Positions 38,501 to 51,230 are shown, counted from the first letter of the whole stretch. The stretch is DNA of 63,042 nucleotides, filler included, from Welwitschia mirabilis (GCA_051453625.1; 6 parts of one record of this genome joined end to end with filler, not necessarily neighbours in it); one strand, 5' to 3'. Translations and numbers: made by a program. The notes: generated by a model not told the origin, from the sequence alone.

Positions 38501-40860
38501 ACCAAATAATTTCTTTTCAATTAAGCAATGCACTTTTTAGTTTTTAAAGAGTTATGATGTCAATTATGTTTGATATTCTTGAAGAATACATAAAGATATT
38601 TATAAAAAAAAATTAGTATATAGTAATTCCTATCATAAAAGTCTAGAATAAATTTAAAAGTATTATCATGATGTATCAAATAGGATTTAAAATTGAGTTG
38701 GGAGAACATCCATTTAAGTTTTAAAAGTGGGATTGTCTAAAGAGATGTTGTTATCACATGCTAAAATAACTATGGATCCTAAGAAAATTGAAGTTATTAC
38801 ATCTTTACCAGTTCCAATCAATCTCAAAACATTAAGAGGTTTCCTAAGACACACTGGATACAAACAATAATTCATTAAAAATTTTTTGAAATTTGCAAAT
38901 CATTTATCTGAATAATTGATAAAGGATAAAATATTTATATGGAGTGATACCTATGAAGATATTTTAAGGTTTTGAAAGAAAAAACTATTATTACACTTAT
39001 TATTAGTATACCAAATTAGTACTATTATTTTGACTTAATGTGTAATTCTAGTAACACTACAATTGGTGTAGTCTTAGGACTCATCTCATTTACTATATTT
39101 TAAAAACCATCACTCTAGCTTAATGCAATTATATAACTAAAAAGAAATTTATAGTAATTAGTACTACATTTGATAAGTTTTAGCACTACCTTGTAGGTTT
39201 TAAAACTCAATTCTACATGTATCATTCATCTATCAAGTTCTTAGAAATTAAGAAAATTGATAATATTTGTATTATGCATTGGTGCTTACTTATGAAATAA
39301 TTTGACTTAAACATTTAAAAAAGGCTGAATCATGATAATTTAATTCTAGATAATCTTTCTCATTTTGACATATCCTAGAGATGCAAACTAAGGATACCTC
39401 TAATGGTATCTTTTCAACTGAAAAATGATTTAAAGTACACTCTAACCCTCACAACTAAGATCTTAGTATGAACATCATGAATTATCTATCTACCCTTCAT
39501 GTTTAATAAGATTGGTTAAATGAGCATAAGAAATTATTTCTTAAAGGAATTAGAAATTACATTTGGAAAAATTCTTTCTTATATAAAATTTGATAGGATA
39601 AAATTTTACACTAATGTATTTTAAAATAGGAATANNNNNNNNNNNNNNNNNNNNNNNNNNNNNNNNNNNNNNNNNNNNNNNNNNNNNNNNNNNNNNNNNN
39701 NNNNNNNNNNNNNNNNNNNNNNNNNNNNNNNNNNNNNNNNNNNNNNNNNNNNNNNNNNNNNNNNNNNNNNNNNNNNNNNNNNNNNNNNNNNNNNNNNNNN
39801 NNNNNNNNNNNNNNNNNNNNNNNNNNNNNNNNNNNNNNNNNNNNNNNNNNNNNNNNNNNNNNNNNNNNNNNNNNNNNNNNNNNNNNNNNNNNNNNNNNNN
39901 NNNNNNNNNNNNNNNNNNNNNNNNNNNNNNNNNNNNNNNNNNNNNNNNNNNNNNNNNNNNNNNNNNNNNNNNNNNNNNNNNNNNNNNNNNNNNNNNNNNN
40001 NNNNNNNNNNNNNNNNNNNNNNNNNNNNNNNNNNNNNNNNNNNNNNNNNNNNNNNNNNNNNNNNNNNNNNNNNNNNNNNNNNNNNNNNNNNNNNNNNNNN
40101 NNNNNNNNNNNNNNNNNNNNNNNNNNNNNNNNNNNNNNNNNNNNNNNNNNNNNNNNNNNNNNNNNNNNNNNNNNNNNNNNNNNNNNNNNNNNNNNNNNNN
40201 NNNNNNNNNNNNNNNNNNNNNNNNNNNNNNNNNNNNNNNNNNNNNNNNNNNNNNNNNNNNNNNNNNNNNNNNNNNNNNNNNNNNNNNNNNNNNNNNNNNN
40301 NNNNNNNNNNNNNNNNNNNNNNNNNNNNNNNNNNNNNNNNNNNNNNNNNNNNNNNNNNNNNNNNNNNNNNNNNNNNNNNNNNNNNNNNNNNNNNNNNNNN
40401 NNNNNNNNNNNNNNNNNNNNNNNNNNNNNNNNNNNNNNNNNNNNNNNNNNNNNNNNNNNNNNNNNNNNNNNNNNNNNNNNNNNNNNNNNNNNNNNNNNNN
40501 NNNNNNNNNNNNNNNNNNNNNNNNNNNNNNNNNNNNNNNNNNNNNNNNNNNNNNNNNNNNNNNNNNNNNNNNNNNNNNNNNNNNNNNNNNNNNNNNNNNN
40601 NNNNNNNNNNNNNNNTTAAAGCTTTTAAGAAATATATCTTAAAATGCTTTGGGAATCTACATTTTATTATTAATGGTTAATGAACTTAATTCATTAATCA
40701 AACCATGAATAAATTAATAAAGTTAATAGGAATTATACATAAATTTACAATTGCTTGTCATCCACAAATAGATGGCTAAGTTGAGAAACTTAACCAAGAG
40801 ATTGAAGGGGAAGAGATCTTAATTAAAATATTTAATTCTAGTAAGGATTGATATAGAAAA
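35600..40860 (+). pseudogene. pol: Element D: degenerate full gag-pol (gag, PR, RT, RH, INT) of a non-chromoviral Athila-like gypsy element
   Basis: FYGTDVEDPMIHL (35663), KFKDPRSPTI (37250), WLTLIVVVSKKNGK*QVCI..KGHFPI (38209-38315), FSGYNSIAI, LRGFLRHTGY, LMCNSSNTTIGVVLG and integrase CHPQIDG*VEKLNQEI (40756-40803) appear in gypsy order. Confidence 0.85.
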
Positions 40861-41827
40861 NNNNNNNNNNNNNNNNNNNNNNNNNNNNNNNNNNNNNNNN
40901 NNNNNNNNNNNNNNNNNNNNNNNNNNNNNNNNNNNNNNNNNNNNNNNNNNNNNNNNNNNNNNNNNNNNNNNNNNNNNNNNNNNNNNNNNNNNNNNNNNNN
41001 NNNNNNNNNNNNNNNNNNNNNNNNNNNNNNNNNNNNNNNNNNNNNNNNNNNNNNNNNNNNNNNNNNNNNNNNNNNNNNNNNNNNNNNNNNNNNNNNNNNN
41101 NNNNNNNNNNNNNNNNNNNNNNNNNNNNNNNNNNNNNNNNNNNNNNNNNNNNNNNNNNNNNNNNNNNNNNNNNNNNNNNNNNNNNNNNNNNNNNNNNNNN
41201 NNNNNNNNNNNNNNNNNNNNNNNNNNNNNNNNNNNNNNNNNNNNNNNNNNNNNNNNNNNNNNNNNNNNNNNNNNNNNNNNNNNNNNNNNNNNNNNNNNNN
41301 NNNNNNNNNNNNNNNNNNNNNNNNNNNNNNNNNNNNNNNNNNNNNNNNNNNNNNNNNNNNNNNNNNNNNNNNNNNNNNNNNNNNNNNNNNNNNNNNNNNN
41401 NNNNNNNNNNNNNNNNNNNNNNNNNNNNNNNNNNNNNNNNNNNNNNNNNNNNNNNNNNNNNNNNNNNNNNNNNNNNNNNNNNNNNNNNNNNNNNNNNNNN
41501 NNNNNNNNNNNNNNNNNNNNNNNNNNNNNNNNNNNNNNNNNNNNNNNNNNNNNNNNNNNNNNNNNNNNNNNNNNNNNNNNNNNNNNNNNNNNNNNNNNNN
41601 NNNNNNNNNNNNNNNNNNNNNNNNNNNNNNNNNNNNNNNNNNNNNNNNNNNNNNNNNNNNNNNNNNNNNNNNNNNNNNNNNNNNNNNNNNNNNNNNNNNN
41701 NNNNNNNNNNNNNNNNNNNNNNNNNNNNNNNNNNNNNNNNNNNNNNNNNNNNNNNNNNNNNNNNNNNNNNNNNNNNNNNNNNNNNNNNNNNNNNNNNNNN
41801 NNNNNNNNNNNNNNNNNNNNNNNNNNN

Positions 41828-43398
41828 CTATAATAAACTTAAATCATAAGGGACATAAACACAATTGTAGTGAAAATAGTAATTGAATTGATCATGAAAC
41901 TTTTACATCAAATTACAATAAAGTAGAAGCACCTTAATGGAGGATACTCAGCTAAACACAAAGGATAACTTCTCTCTGTAGTTGCTAGATGAATCTACTA
42001 TCCTTCATTATTCCATTAGAAGAACATTAGGTACAAAAGATAGAAATAGAAGTGAAGTAAAGGAAGAGTATTCATAGTTTTACATTGAAGTTTTAGAAGC
42101 TCAACTGTAGAAGTTGGAGAAGAAACCTTAGCAGCTCAAATGGGTTATATGACCCCATTACAAAGATAATTCTTTCCATCATAAAAAATAGCTATCATCC
42201 TAACTATTATAGGGATGAAAATGGGGACGTCACTCCATGTTAAAATGTGGTCCATTAGCTTTAGGACCTAAAGTTAACTTTACGGCCTATATCCCTATTA
42301 GTAGTGTTATTGTCTTATCTATCATGGGACGATAAAGGAGATGATATGATTTTTCATCTTTAATCTCAAAGAGAAACTAGTCTCATGCATAGTAAATCCT
42401 TCTTTTGAAGTATGAAGTATCATAATAAGCCTGAAAAGCCTTCAGATATGTTAAGAATCACATGTTTCAGTGATCATTGTATTAGTTCTTCATAATCATC
42501 AGTATTAAATCTAAATTTGTATAAAATTCCTATAAAAGCAATCAAGATATACCATCAAATTCCTATAAATTGGCATCACAACATAGCACCCTACTTAGCC
42601 TTGTCAGTTCTCGATAAAGTGAGTGATTAACTATATTATGAGCTAACTTAACTAAGATTAATAGNNNNNNNNNNNNNNNNNNNNNNNNNNNNNNNNNNNN
42701 NNNNNNNNNNNNNNNNNNNNNNNNNNNNNNNNNNNNNNNNNNNNNNNNNNNNNNNNNNNNNNNNNNNNNNNNCCTCACTATAGATTGAATGAATGTCATA
42801 CACATATAAAAATCATAAAATGTAACAATAATAGCTCAGAAAATAGTAATGTGTATGCATAATGCAAGATAGTGACACTTATTTGTAAAACTTAAGTAGT
42901 GATAATCAGAAAAGAATGTTGCATCTAAGTTCATTAGTGTATTTTACAAGGGCAAAATACACTAATAAACATAGCATTGTTTTTTCTTTAAATGATTTAA
43001 GACATAGCGACAAGAAAACTCTGTGAGTGTGCTATTNNNNNNNNNNNNNNNNNNNNNNNNNNNNNNNNNNNNNNNNNNNNNNNNNNNNNNNNNNNNNNNN
43101 NNNNNNNNNNNNNNNNNNNNNNNNNNNNNNNNNNNNNNNNNNNNNNNNNNNNNNNTTTACTTAATATCATAGAAGAATGTTCCAAAAGGTATCCTACCCC
43201 TCACAGGTGAAGCAAGACACCCTAGATTACATCAAATGAAAAGGATGAGTGTTGTTCTGGCTATCATGAGGATGACAGACATGAGATGATAGTGATTAAA
43301 TAAGTTGTTTGAAAATATATGAAAACCAACCAAAAAGTAGTAGAAAAGTATAAAGAAGGTACCAAGTAAATAAATATCCTTAAAAACATGATCATAAT
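41828..43398 (-). mobile_element. Athila-like 3' LTR (41828-42583), PPT and 3' internal region
   Basis: The junction ggcatcacaaca|tagcaccctacttagccttgtcag is present. The LTR is homologous to 6530-7675 and 53270-54020, and the internal part to 15-650 and 54020-54870. Confidence 0.8.
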
Positions 43399-43498
43399 NN
43401 NNNNNNNNNNNNNNNNNNNNNNNNNNNNNNNNNNNNNNNNNNTTAATTAATTAANNNNNNNNNNNNNNNNNNNNNNNNNNNNNNNNNNNNNNNNNNNN
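43399..43498. other. Artificial scaffold-joining spacer N44-TTAATTAATTAA-N44
   Basis: The 12-mer at 43443-43454 has 44 N on each side. Confidence 0.97.
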
Positions 43499-44419
43499 CA
43501 CATGAGCTTATTAGAATGTTCATTCTATTGGGATTTTCCCTTTCATGAGCTTACATCAAGATTCAAAGGAGAAATGAGGGGTCTCTTGTGCTTGGTGATT
43601 GAGGTTATGAATCAATGATTATGGCCAAGTAACCAAAGGATTCACTATAAAAGTTTAGATACCCATGCTTGATTCATATTATCATATAGTATTTTATTTT
43701 TTTTATCAATTACGCATTAGAATTCTTTATTGANNNNNNNNNNNNNNNNNNNNNNNNNNNNNNNNNNNNNNNNNNNNNNNNNNNNNNNNNNNNNNNNNNN
43801 NNNNNNNNNNNNNNNNNNNNNNNNNNNNNNNNNATTAGAATTCTTTATTGAGAAAGGATTTTGTGACCTTGAGAGTTCTTCATTGATTGCTTCATATAAT
43901 TTTACATATAGCTACTATGCACATGTATAAATGTATGTGTGATATCTTTTAGTGTTATTTTGATTTAGTTTGGCATCATACTTTTCTTCTAATTGAGTCG
44001 ATTATTGATTTCTTACATTAGTTATTGCATTAATTCATGTATATAATTTCCAACATATCCATTAATATGGACCACCTTGATTTATCATATGTTCATGCAT
44101 ATTAGTAAACATGGGAATGAGGCCCAAGATAGAACTACATATGGTCTGACTTTCTCTAGATGAGGATACAAAGGAATAGTTGCTTAGTTATCACTTGACT
44201 ACCTATTATATATTCATTGAAAAAAAAAATCAAGATAAACTATTTATGATTTGTACACTTGAATAAGTGGGTCAAATAAACTATACTCATATAGGTTCCT
44301 GAATGTAAATCCTATTGGTAAATCTTACATGAAGTAATCATTTGAATATATTATCCTTATTATAACTAATTAAAACAAATGATTATTCTTAAGGGGAATT
44401 AAAGTTTGAGGTGTAACAA

Positions 44420-44668
44420 TGAAGGAAGTAGACAAGGCATTTTGAGCAGTTAAAGAAGAGCATTATTGAAGATCCTACGTTAAAACTTCTAGATTTTAAT
44501 AAGAATTTTCAAATGGAATGCGATGCAAGTAGTAAAGAAATTAGAGAGATGATCAATCAAGAAGGTAAACCCATTACCTTATTAAGTGAGAAGCTGAATA
44601 ATGCTAAGGAAAAGTACTCAACCTATGAAAAGGAGTTATGTGCTATTTTATAGGTGGAGATATTACCT
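44420..44668 (+). pseudogene. pol: CRM-like chromovirus RNase H fragment (upstream 43550-44420 may be decayed PR/RT)
   Basis: FEQLKKSIIEDPTLKLLDFNKNFQMECDASSKEIREMINQEGKPITLLSEKLNNAKEKYSTYEKELCAIL...WRYYL; the SEKLN..K..YSTY pattern is typical of CRM elements. Confidence 0.75.
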
Positions 44669-46680
44669 TATTGCAATGCCAACTTAGATGTATTTGATAG
44701 GGTATTTTGAGTTGTTTTGCAGATAAACTAATAGATAAATGCCTNNNNNNNNNNNNNNNNNNNNNNNNNNNNNNNNNNNNNNNNNNNNNNNNNNNNNNNN
44801 NNNNNNNNNNNNNNNNNNNNNNNNNNNNNNNNNNNNNNNNNNNNTAGAGGAGAACCTGATAAAGACCCCATACAACACATCACAGAAATAAAACAACTCA
44901 TCCTTACATCCGATAATGGTAAGAAATGCATAACCGATAGAAATTACATGATCATCTTTCCCATGAATTTGCGAGAAAAGGCTAAACTTTGGCTTAGAAT
45001 GATCTCTCATACAAGCCTAAAATCTTGGAGCCAAGTTTAAGAGGCCTTTGTCAAATGATTTATGAATGAAACCACCATCCGAAAACATAAGAAAGAAGTT
45101 ACAACCTTCCAACAACTACCAAACGAAGACTATCCTTTTGCTTATGAGAGATTTATCGTAGCTTTACACTCAAACCCAGTAGAAGCTTTTTCTAAGGTAG
45201 AATTAATAGACTATTTCTATAGTGGATTAAATAGTCACACTAAACAACTAGTAGATTTCTCTTGTGGANNNNNNNNNNNNNNNNNNNNNNNNNNNNNNNN
45301 NNNNNNNNNNNNNNNNNNNNNNNNNNNNNNNNNNNNNNNNNNNNNNNNNNNNNNNNNNNNNNNNNNNNNNNNNNNNNNNNNNNNNNNNNNNNNNNNNNNN
45401 NNNNNNNNNNNNNNNNNNNNNNNNNNNNNNNNNNNNNNNNNNNNNNNNNNNNNNNNNNNNNNNNNNNNNNNNNNNNNNNNNNNNNNNNNNNNNNNNNNNN
45501 NNNNNNNNNNNNNNNNNNNNNNNNNNNNNNNNNNNNNNNNNNNNNNNNNNNNNNNNNNNNNNNNNNNNNNNNNNNNNNCAAAAAAGTGTCTTTTACTCCC
45601 TACATGCAAAGAGAGAATTTATGAAGAAGTATCTGCATTAAACCAAGGACCCTCCAACTATAATCAAAACTACAACCAAAGACAAGCCTCAAATCACAAC
45701 TTTCAAAATAGGATGAATGAACCATCTAGCAATTTTCAATCACATTATTCTAACTCCCAACCCTATCAAAATAGATTTGATCATCAAAATTTCCAATACA
45801 ACTACTCTTTAAACTCCCAGAATCATAATGATCCTCTTAGAAATTCTGTTAAAGAGTTAAGAAAANNNNNNNNNNNNNNNNNNNNNNNNNNNNNNNNNNN
45901 NNNNNNNNNNNNNNNNNNNNNNNNNNNNNNNNNNNNNNNNNNNNNNNNNNNNNNNNNNNNNNNNNNNNNNNNNNNNNNNNNNNNNNNNNNNNNNNNNNNN
46001 NNNNNNNNNNNNNNNNNNNNNNNNNNNNNNNNNNNNNNNNNNNNNNNNNNNNNNNNNNNNNNNNNNNNNNNNNNNNNNNNNNNNNNNNNNNNNNNNNNNN
46101 NNNNNNNNNNNNNNNNNNNNNNNNNNNNNNNNNNNNNNNNNNNNNNNNNNNNNNNNNNNNNNNNNNNNNNNNNNNNNNNNNNNNNNNNNNNNNNNNNNNN
46201 NNNNNNNNNNNNNNNNNNNNNNNNNNNNNNNNNNNNNNNNNNNNNNNNNNNNNNNNNNNNNNNNNNNNNNNNNNNNNNNNNNNNNNNNNNNNNNNNNNNN
46301 NNNNNNNNNNNNNNNNNNNNNNNNNNNNNNNNNNNNNNNNNNNNNNNNNNNNNNNNNNNNNNNNNNNNNNNNNNNNNNNNNNNNNNNNNNNNNNNNNNNN
46401 NNNNNNNNNNNNNNNNNNNNNNNNNNNNNNNNNNNAAGAAAGCCTTAATAGATATAGGAGCTATTGTTAATATCATACCCTTGCACATTTATAAACGTTT
46501 AGGATTGGAAGAGAGAATAGAACCTACAAACATCGTCTTAGAGTTAGCTGGTTCATCCATTAAGAAACCCTTAGGAGTGATAAAGGACTTGGTCATTCCG
46601 ATAGAGGAAGCTTTCTACCACATAGATGTAGTTGTTTTAGAAGTCGAGAATTAAAATACATATCCCCTATTTCTAGGTAG
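44669..46680 (+). mobile_element. Athila-like element 5' part (LTR start, gag, protease) inserted into the CRM-like RNase H
   Basis: Bases 44669-44744 match the LTR start at 51764-51840. Gag motifs begin at 44846. Confidence 0.75.
45062..46654 (+). pseudogene. gag: Gag-aspartic protease (ORF bridges two N gaps, so frame continuity is unknown)
   Basis: FQQLPNEDYPFAYERF, LIDYFYSGLNSHTKQLVDFSCG, an N/Q-rich linker and protease KKALIDIGAIVNIIP are present. Upstream gag has stops. Confidence 0.85.
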
Positions 46681-46780
46681 NNNNNNNNNNNNNNNNNNNN
46701 NNNNNNNNNNNNNNNNNNNNNNNNTTAATTAATTAANNNNNNNNNNNNNNNNNNNNNNNNNNNNNNNNNNNNNNNNNNNN
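46681..46780. other. Artificial scaffold-joining spacer N44-TTAATTAATTAA-N44
   Basis: The 12-mer at 46725-46736 has 44 N on each side. Confidence 0.97.
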
Positions 46781-47797
46781 CATTATGGTTTTTATCATCA
46801 GTTAATTTGTGATTATACTTATATTTGTAATCCCTTCACTTATTACTAGAGAAAAATGTAAATTTAAATGGAATGAATCTTATCATCTTACTTTCAATAG
46901 GCTTAAACATAAACTATCTTATGCTTCTATAATCATAAGACCTAATTGAAAACTTGACTTTGAGCTTATGTGTGATGCGAGTAACTTTGCCATAGGTGGG
47001 GTTCTTTGTTAAAAATATGAGAATGATTTTAAAGTTATANNNNNNNNNNNNNNNNNNNNNNNNNNNNNNNNNNNNNNNNNNNNNNNNNNNNNNNNNNNNN
47101 NNNNNNNATTATCTTTTACCTTGATTCACTTAGATATTATCTTTTAGGCTTTTACATGAATATTTACATTGATCATTCTACCATTCATTACCTTATGATC
47201 AAGAAAGATTCTAGTTCCCGTTTGATTAGATGAATCCCTTTTATGTCAGAGTTTAACTTAACCATGATAGATTAAGTAGGGAAACATAATTCTATTACTA
47301 ATCACTTATCTTGACTCCCTTCTCCTCCAAATGGTACTATCATTAATGATTCCTTTCTTGATGAGGAGCTTTTCACTCTTTCTTCTTTTCATCCTTCTTA
47401 ATGATATGCTGACATTATGAAATATCTTATAACCATGAAAACACCACAACACTGAACATATAATCAATGTAAATCTTTTTTCCATTAGATAGGTAACTAT
47501 GAGTGGATCGAGCTAGATTTGTACCATAGGTGCAAAGACCAAATCATGAGAAAATGTGTGCTCGATTGGGAGATACCTACAATTCTTTATCTTTATCACA
47601 ATGATGTTTGTGGAGGAAATTTTAGTGGACATAAAACTGTGATAAAAATCCTCCATTCTAGTTTTTACTAGCCTTTTCTTTTTTATAATTCATTTGATTT
47701 TATTAGAAGGTGTGATCCTTGTCAGTATTATAGTAGTCTTGTTTGTTCATAAGAAATACCCCTTTAGACCTATTCTCAAGTGTGAGCCTTTTAATTA
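46781..47797 (+). pseudogene. pol: RNase H and integrase N-terminal zinc finger (Athila-type pol)
   Basis: DFELMCDASNFAIGGVL, IDHSTIHYLMIKKDSSSRLIR*I, INDSFLDEELF and YHNDVCGGNFSGHKT..CDPCQ. Confidence 0.9.
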
Positions 47798-49849
47798 NNN
47801 NNNNNNNNNNNNNNNNNNNNNNNNNNNNNNNNNNNNNNNNNNNNNNNNNNNNNNNNNNNNNNNNNNNNNNNNNNNNNNNNNNNNNNNNNNNNNNNNNTCT
47901 TAGATTATGTGGGAGTGTTCTTTTCTGTCTTTTATCTCACTTATTTACCTTTATATTTTTTAAGTATGTAATCATGTGGGAATTTTGTTTGGAAAAAAAT
48001 GAGAAAATGAAAAAGTGAAATAATGGCCATGATATGTCTATTTTGTATTCTACAAACATGGTCAGCATGATGTCCTACTATAAGTATACTAGGATAAATA
48101 TTTCTGAGAGGAGCCTTTGAAAATCTAATATGATAGCCATGAGAACTCTACTAGGGGATCATTTGGCCATGCTTTGTGGGTCCTTACTCCTCTAACAGTG
48201 GCTGCACTCCCCTTATCATGGTAAAAGAAATAAAACTTTTAGTATTTCCACTTGATCATTTCACTTTTGGAGATTCCAATGAGTTTGTATGCAGAAGCAG
48301 GTGAGTCCATTTCTTAGTAACTTTTGGTTTTTGACCTTCATTATTCTACATACTTGACACTTTAGATATCACCATAACCATTGTATTTTCGAATGAACTT
48401 TACAGATTTCATACATTTTGTTATGCATATTTACTTAGGTGATGTTATGATGTTTTCCTTGGAAGTTTTCTAGGTTAGTACTTTGGATATGTAAATAATC
48501 CTTTCCTTACTCCTTAAGTCTATTTTCACTCTGTTTTTCATGAGTTTTTGAGTTTAGAATTTCAAAGTCATTTCTGTATTTTCTTATTCCTTCATAGGAC
48601 CTTAATCATATAGTAGCTTTCTTGTTATTTGATCATGATAAATTATTTTTTTAAAAATGCATTTGAAAAATGTTAACATAAACATCTTTATTTTTTGAGT
48701 CTTTATGAGTTTCCTTATAGGTTATACAATTCTAAGTCTACTATGCTTTCATTTTTGTTTGGGCACATTCATATAGTTTTTATTACAAGTTTCAACCTAG
48801 ATAGTCTATTTTCTTCAGCCATAGTTTTTCCTTTTATATGTATCTGTCCTTTTAAGAAATGTTACTTAAATGATCATATTTGAGCCAAACTTTTATAGCC
48901 AACCTGTTTCTTTTTGATAAACCTTTTAATGCCCCATCGTCTATTTAGTTATCTAGACAACACTAGGGTGGATGATGGTCTAATTTGTTTTGAGAGTTAT
49001 CCTAGGACCATCGTCCAAACGATGCCACTGAATGATAGTATGATAAAACCATGGATCAAATACTTTTTCCTCATTTTCACTCATTTTCTTGACATATTTG
49101 TTCATTTCTTTGAGAGTCAATGATCCCTCTAGTTAGCACAACATTTTAGGACTTATCTCACTCAATTTCATTATCAGATTTATGAGATTTCATCATATTT
49201 ATAAAAATGAGGTATGTTTTTCTTTCCTACCACTTTTTACTTTTTTCTCCTATTTTTATCCTTTTAATTCATATTTTTGATGTATATTGTTTAATTTTTT
49301 GTGCTCTTCACTTTGGAACTTATGGATTTGAATTTCATTGTGTATTTGTCGAGTTATGATCCATTTTTATGTATTACAAGGTATTTTCAGGTTTTTAATT
49401 TTTGTGCTCAATTTCTTGCAAACTGTAGGTTGAATCATAGTGGTCCTTTAAGTAAACTTGATCAGTTTAATATGTTATATTTTCACTTCATGTAGGACCC
49501 ACTAAAAATTCAGTTTTCACACTTTTCATAATTTTCTCCATTTTTCTCTCATGTTTACGTAATTCGGAATGCATCACATCTTTTTAGGTGGGCAGGACAA
49601 GATATATTTTCAATATTTCTGCTAGTTTTTCATCAATTTTAGGGGTCGTTATTATGCATCCATGCGATGTTTTGACTTGTCTATCTATTTTCGCATGATG
49701 AGTTTGTGTTTTCGATTAAGTAGGCCATGTATGCATTAAGCTAGATAAGCCAAGATTATGGATAAGCTTATGGAGTAAGTGGTAGGCCTCTTGGTTAAGC
49801 CAGAGATAGAGCATGTAGACCCGTGCATCTACCACCTCAATACAGATGA

Positions 49850-51230
49850 TCCTTGAGTATTTAGATGACTAATATCGATGTCAAGAAACATTTTAAATAC
49901 TTCATGCATCATATAGAGTCAAAGGTAGATCAGAGATTAATAGATTTATAAATTTAATAAATCTCAGATGTGCATCATTCTTATTATGAATTAGAGATAA
50001 GAGAGTTCTATAACACCATGCATATAAAATAGTGATCTGATGCTTGTAGTCAGCTTCAGGATATGACTGTTGCTTTCATACGAGGCCACNNNNNNNNNNN
50101 NNNNNNNNNNNNNNNNNNNNNNNNNNNNNNNNNNNNNNNNNNNNNNNNNNNNNNNNNNNNNNNNNNNNNNNNNNNNNNNNNNNNNNNNNTATATGACTGT
50201 TGCTTTCATACGAGGCCACGACATAGTTATTCTTTCATCCCACATTATAGTTATTATAGATATTATAGGGCTTGGGATTATGCATATCCATTTAGCTAAT
50301 GGGATAGAGGAGCATTAAGCCTATAACACCATATTAGACATAACCATAAATCGACGAGGGATAAATATTAACCAACTAATCCCCGCCTATAGAGTTTTGT
50401 ATAGAGGAAAAATTCATAACATTAGTCCATCATTTCATGACATTCATGCTATAGTAGTACATCTATAGATTCTGACAGCTTTTTATTAGGAAGAGAAGAT
50501 GGACTTACTCACTTTTATCTAGAGGAGACTCAGATTCATTATAGAGGCATGATACTTATAAACACTTGGATATCCAGACCTTCTCTTATCTCCTTTTAGA
50601 TAATTTAGGATATTAAAACCCATGGGTATGTAGTTTATCTCTTATATTTAGACTTTTATTTACTACCTACAGGATATGGATATATAGGTGTCAGGAGAGG
50701 TAGAGAGACCTTAGGTATAGAGACCTGAGATTGAATCTTTCCTAGAGAAGATTTAGGATTTTTTAGCTGAGACTACAAAGGCCATCAGAGGTTTCATTGA
50801 TACAGGTATCTAGGCACTCGAATAGNNNNNNNNNNNNNNNNNNNNNNNNNNNNNNNNNNNNNNNNNNNNNNNNNNNNNNNNNNNNNNNNNNNNNNNNNNN
50901 NNNNNNNNNNNNNNNNNNNNNNNNNATCAGAGGTTTCATTGATACAGGTATCTAGGCACTCGAATAGAGGATCCAGACCTCTAATCAGATAGATGAAAAG
51001 CATATAATATTCATTGAGAGGAGAGTATAGCACACAAAGGATTAGATGATAGACATGTGTTAATGCATTGTTTCTATTTAAAGAGTGTTACTATGGATAT
51101 TCCAAAGTCAGTCATTATTCATGGAAATAAGACAGTTAGATCCATTATTATATCTATAGAGGTCTATCTCCTTATGGATCTTGAGCATCCTCCTTCTTCT
51201 TCCCTTGCTCTTAAGCTAGCTGTTGAATCA
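49850..51230 (+). pseudogene. Athila ORF2/env-like extra ORF, degenerate (boundaries approximate)
   Basis: YYELEIREFYNTMH (49982-50023), MTVAFIRGHDIVI and LGYPDLL (about 50566-50586) match the Y..LVREFYAN / VRG..I / LPYP motifs of plant retrotransposon extra ORFs. It lies between pol and the PPT. Confidence 0.6.

Noticed and set aside
45062-47797. One continuous near-intact Athila gag-pol
   Set aside because: An artificial spacer separates the two parts, RT is missing between them, and both contain stops.
48066-48220. 5S rRNA-derived (Cassandra-like), U1-like or hammerhead (retrozyme) identity for the conserved block
   Set aside because: Only short words match 5S (GTGCGAT, GAACTCC, GTTGCAC) and their spacing is wrong (about 85 nt versus about 120 nt). 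I see no CTGATGA/GAAA hammerhead core. It is left as unassigned.
48695-49495. Short hydrophobic ORFs as membrane or env peptides (also 22636-23188 and 36561-37219)
   Set aside because: These are compositional by-products of T-rich UTR sequence or the antisense strand of gag, with no conserved motifs.
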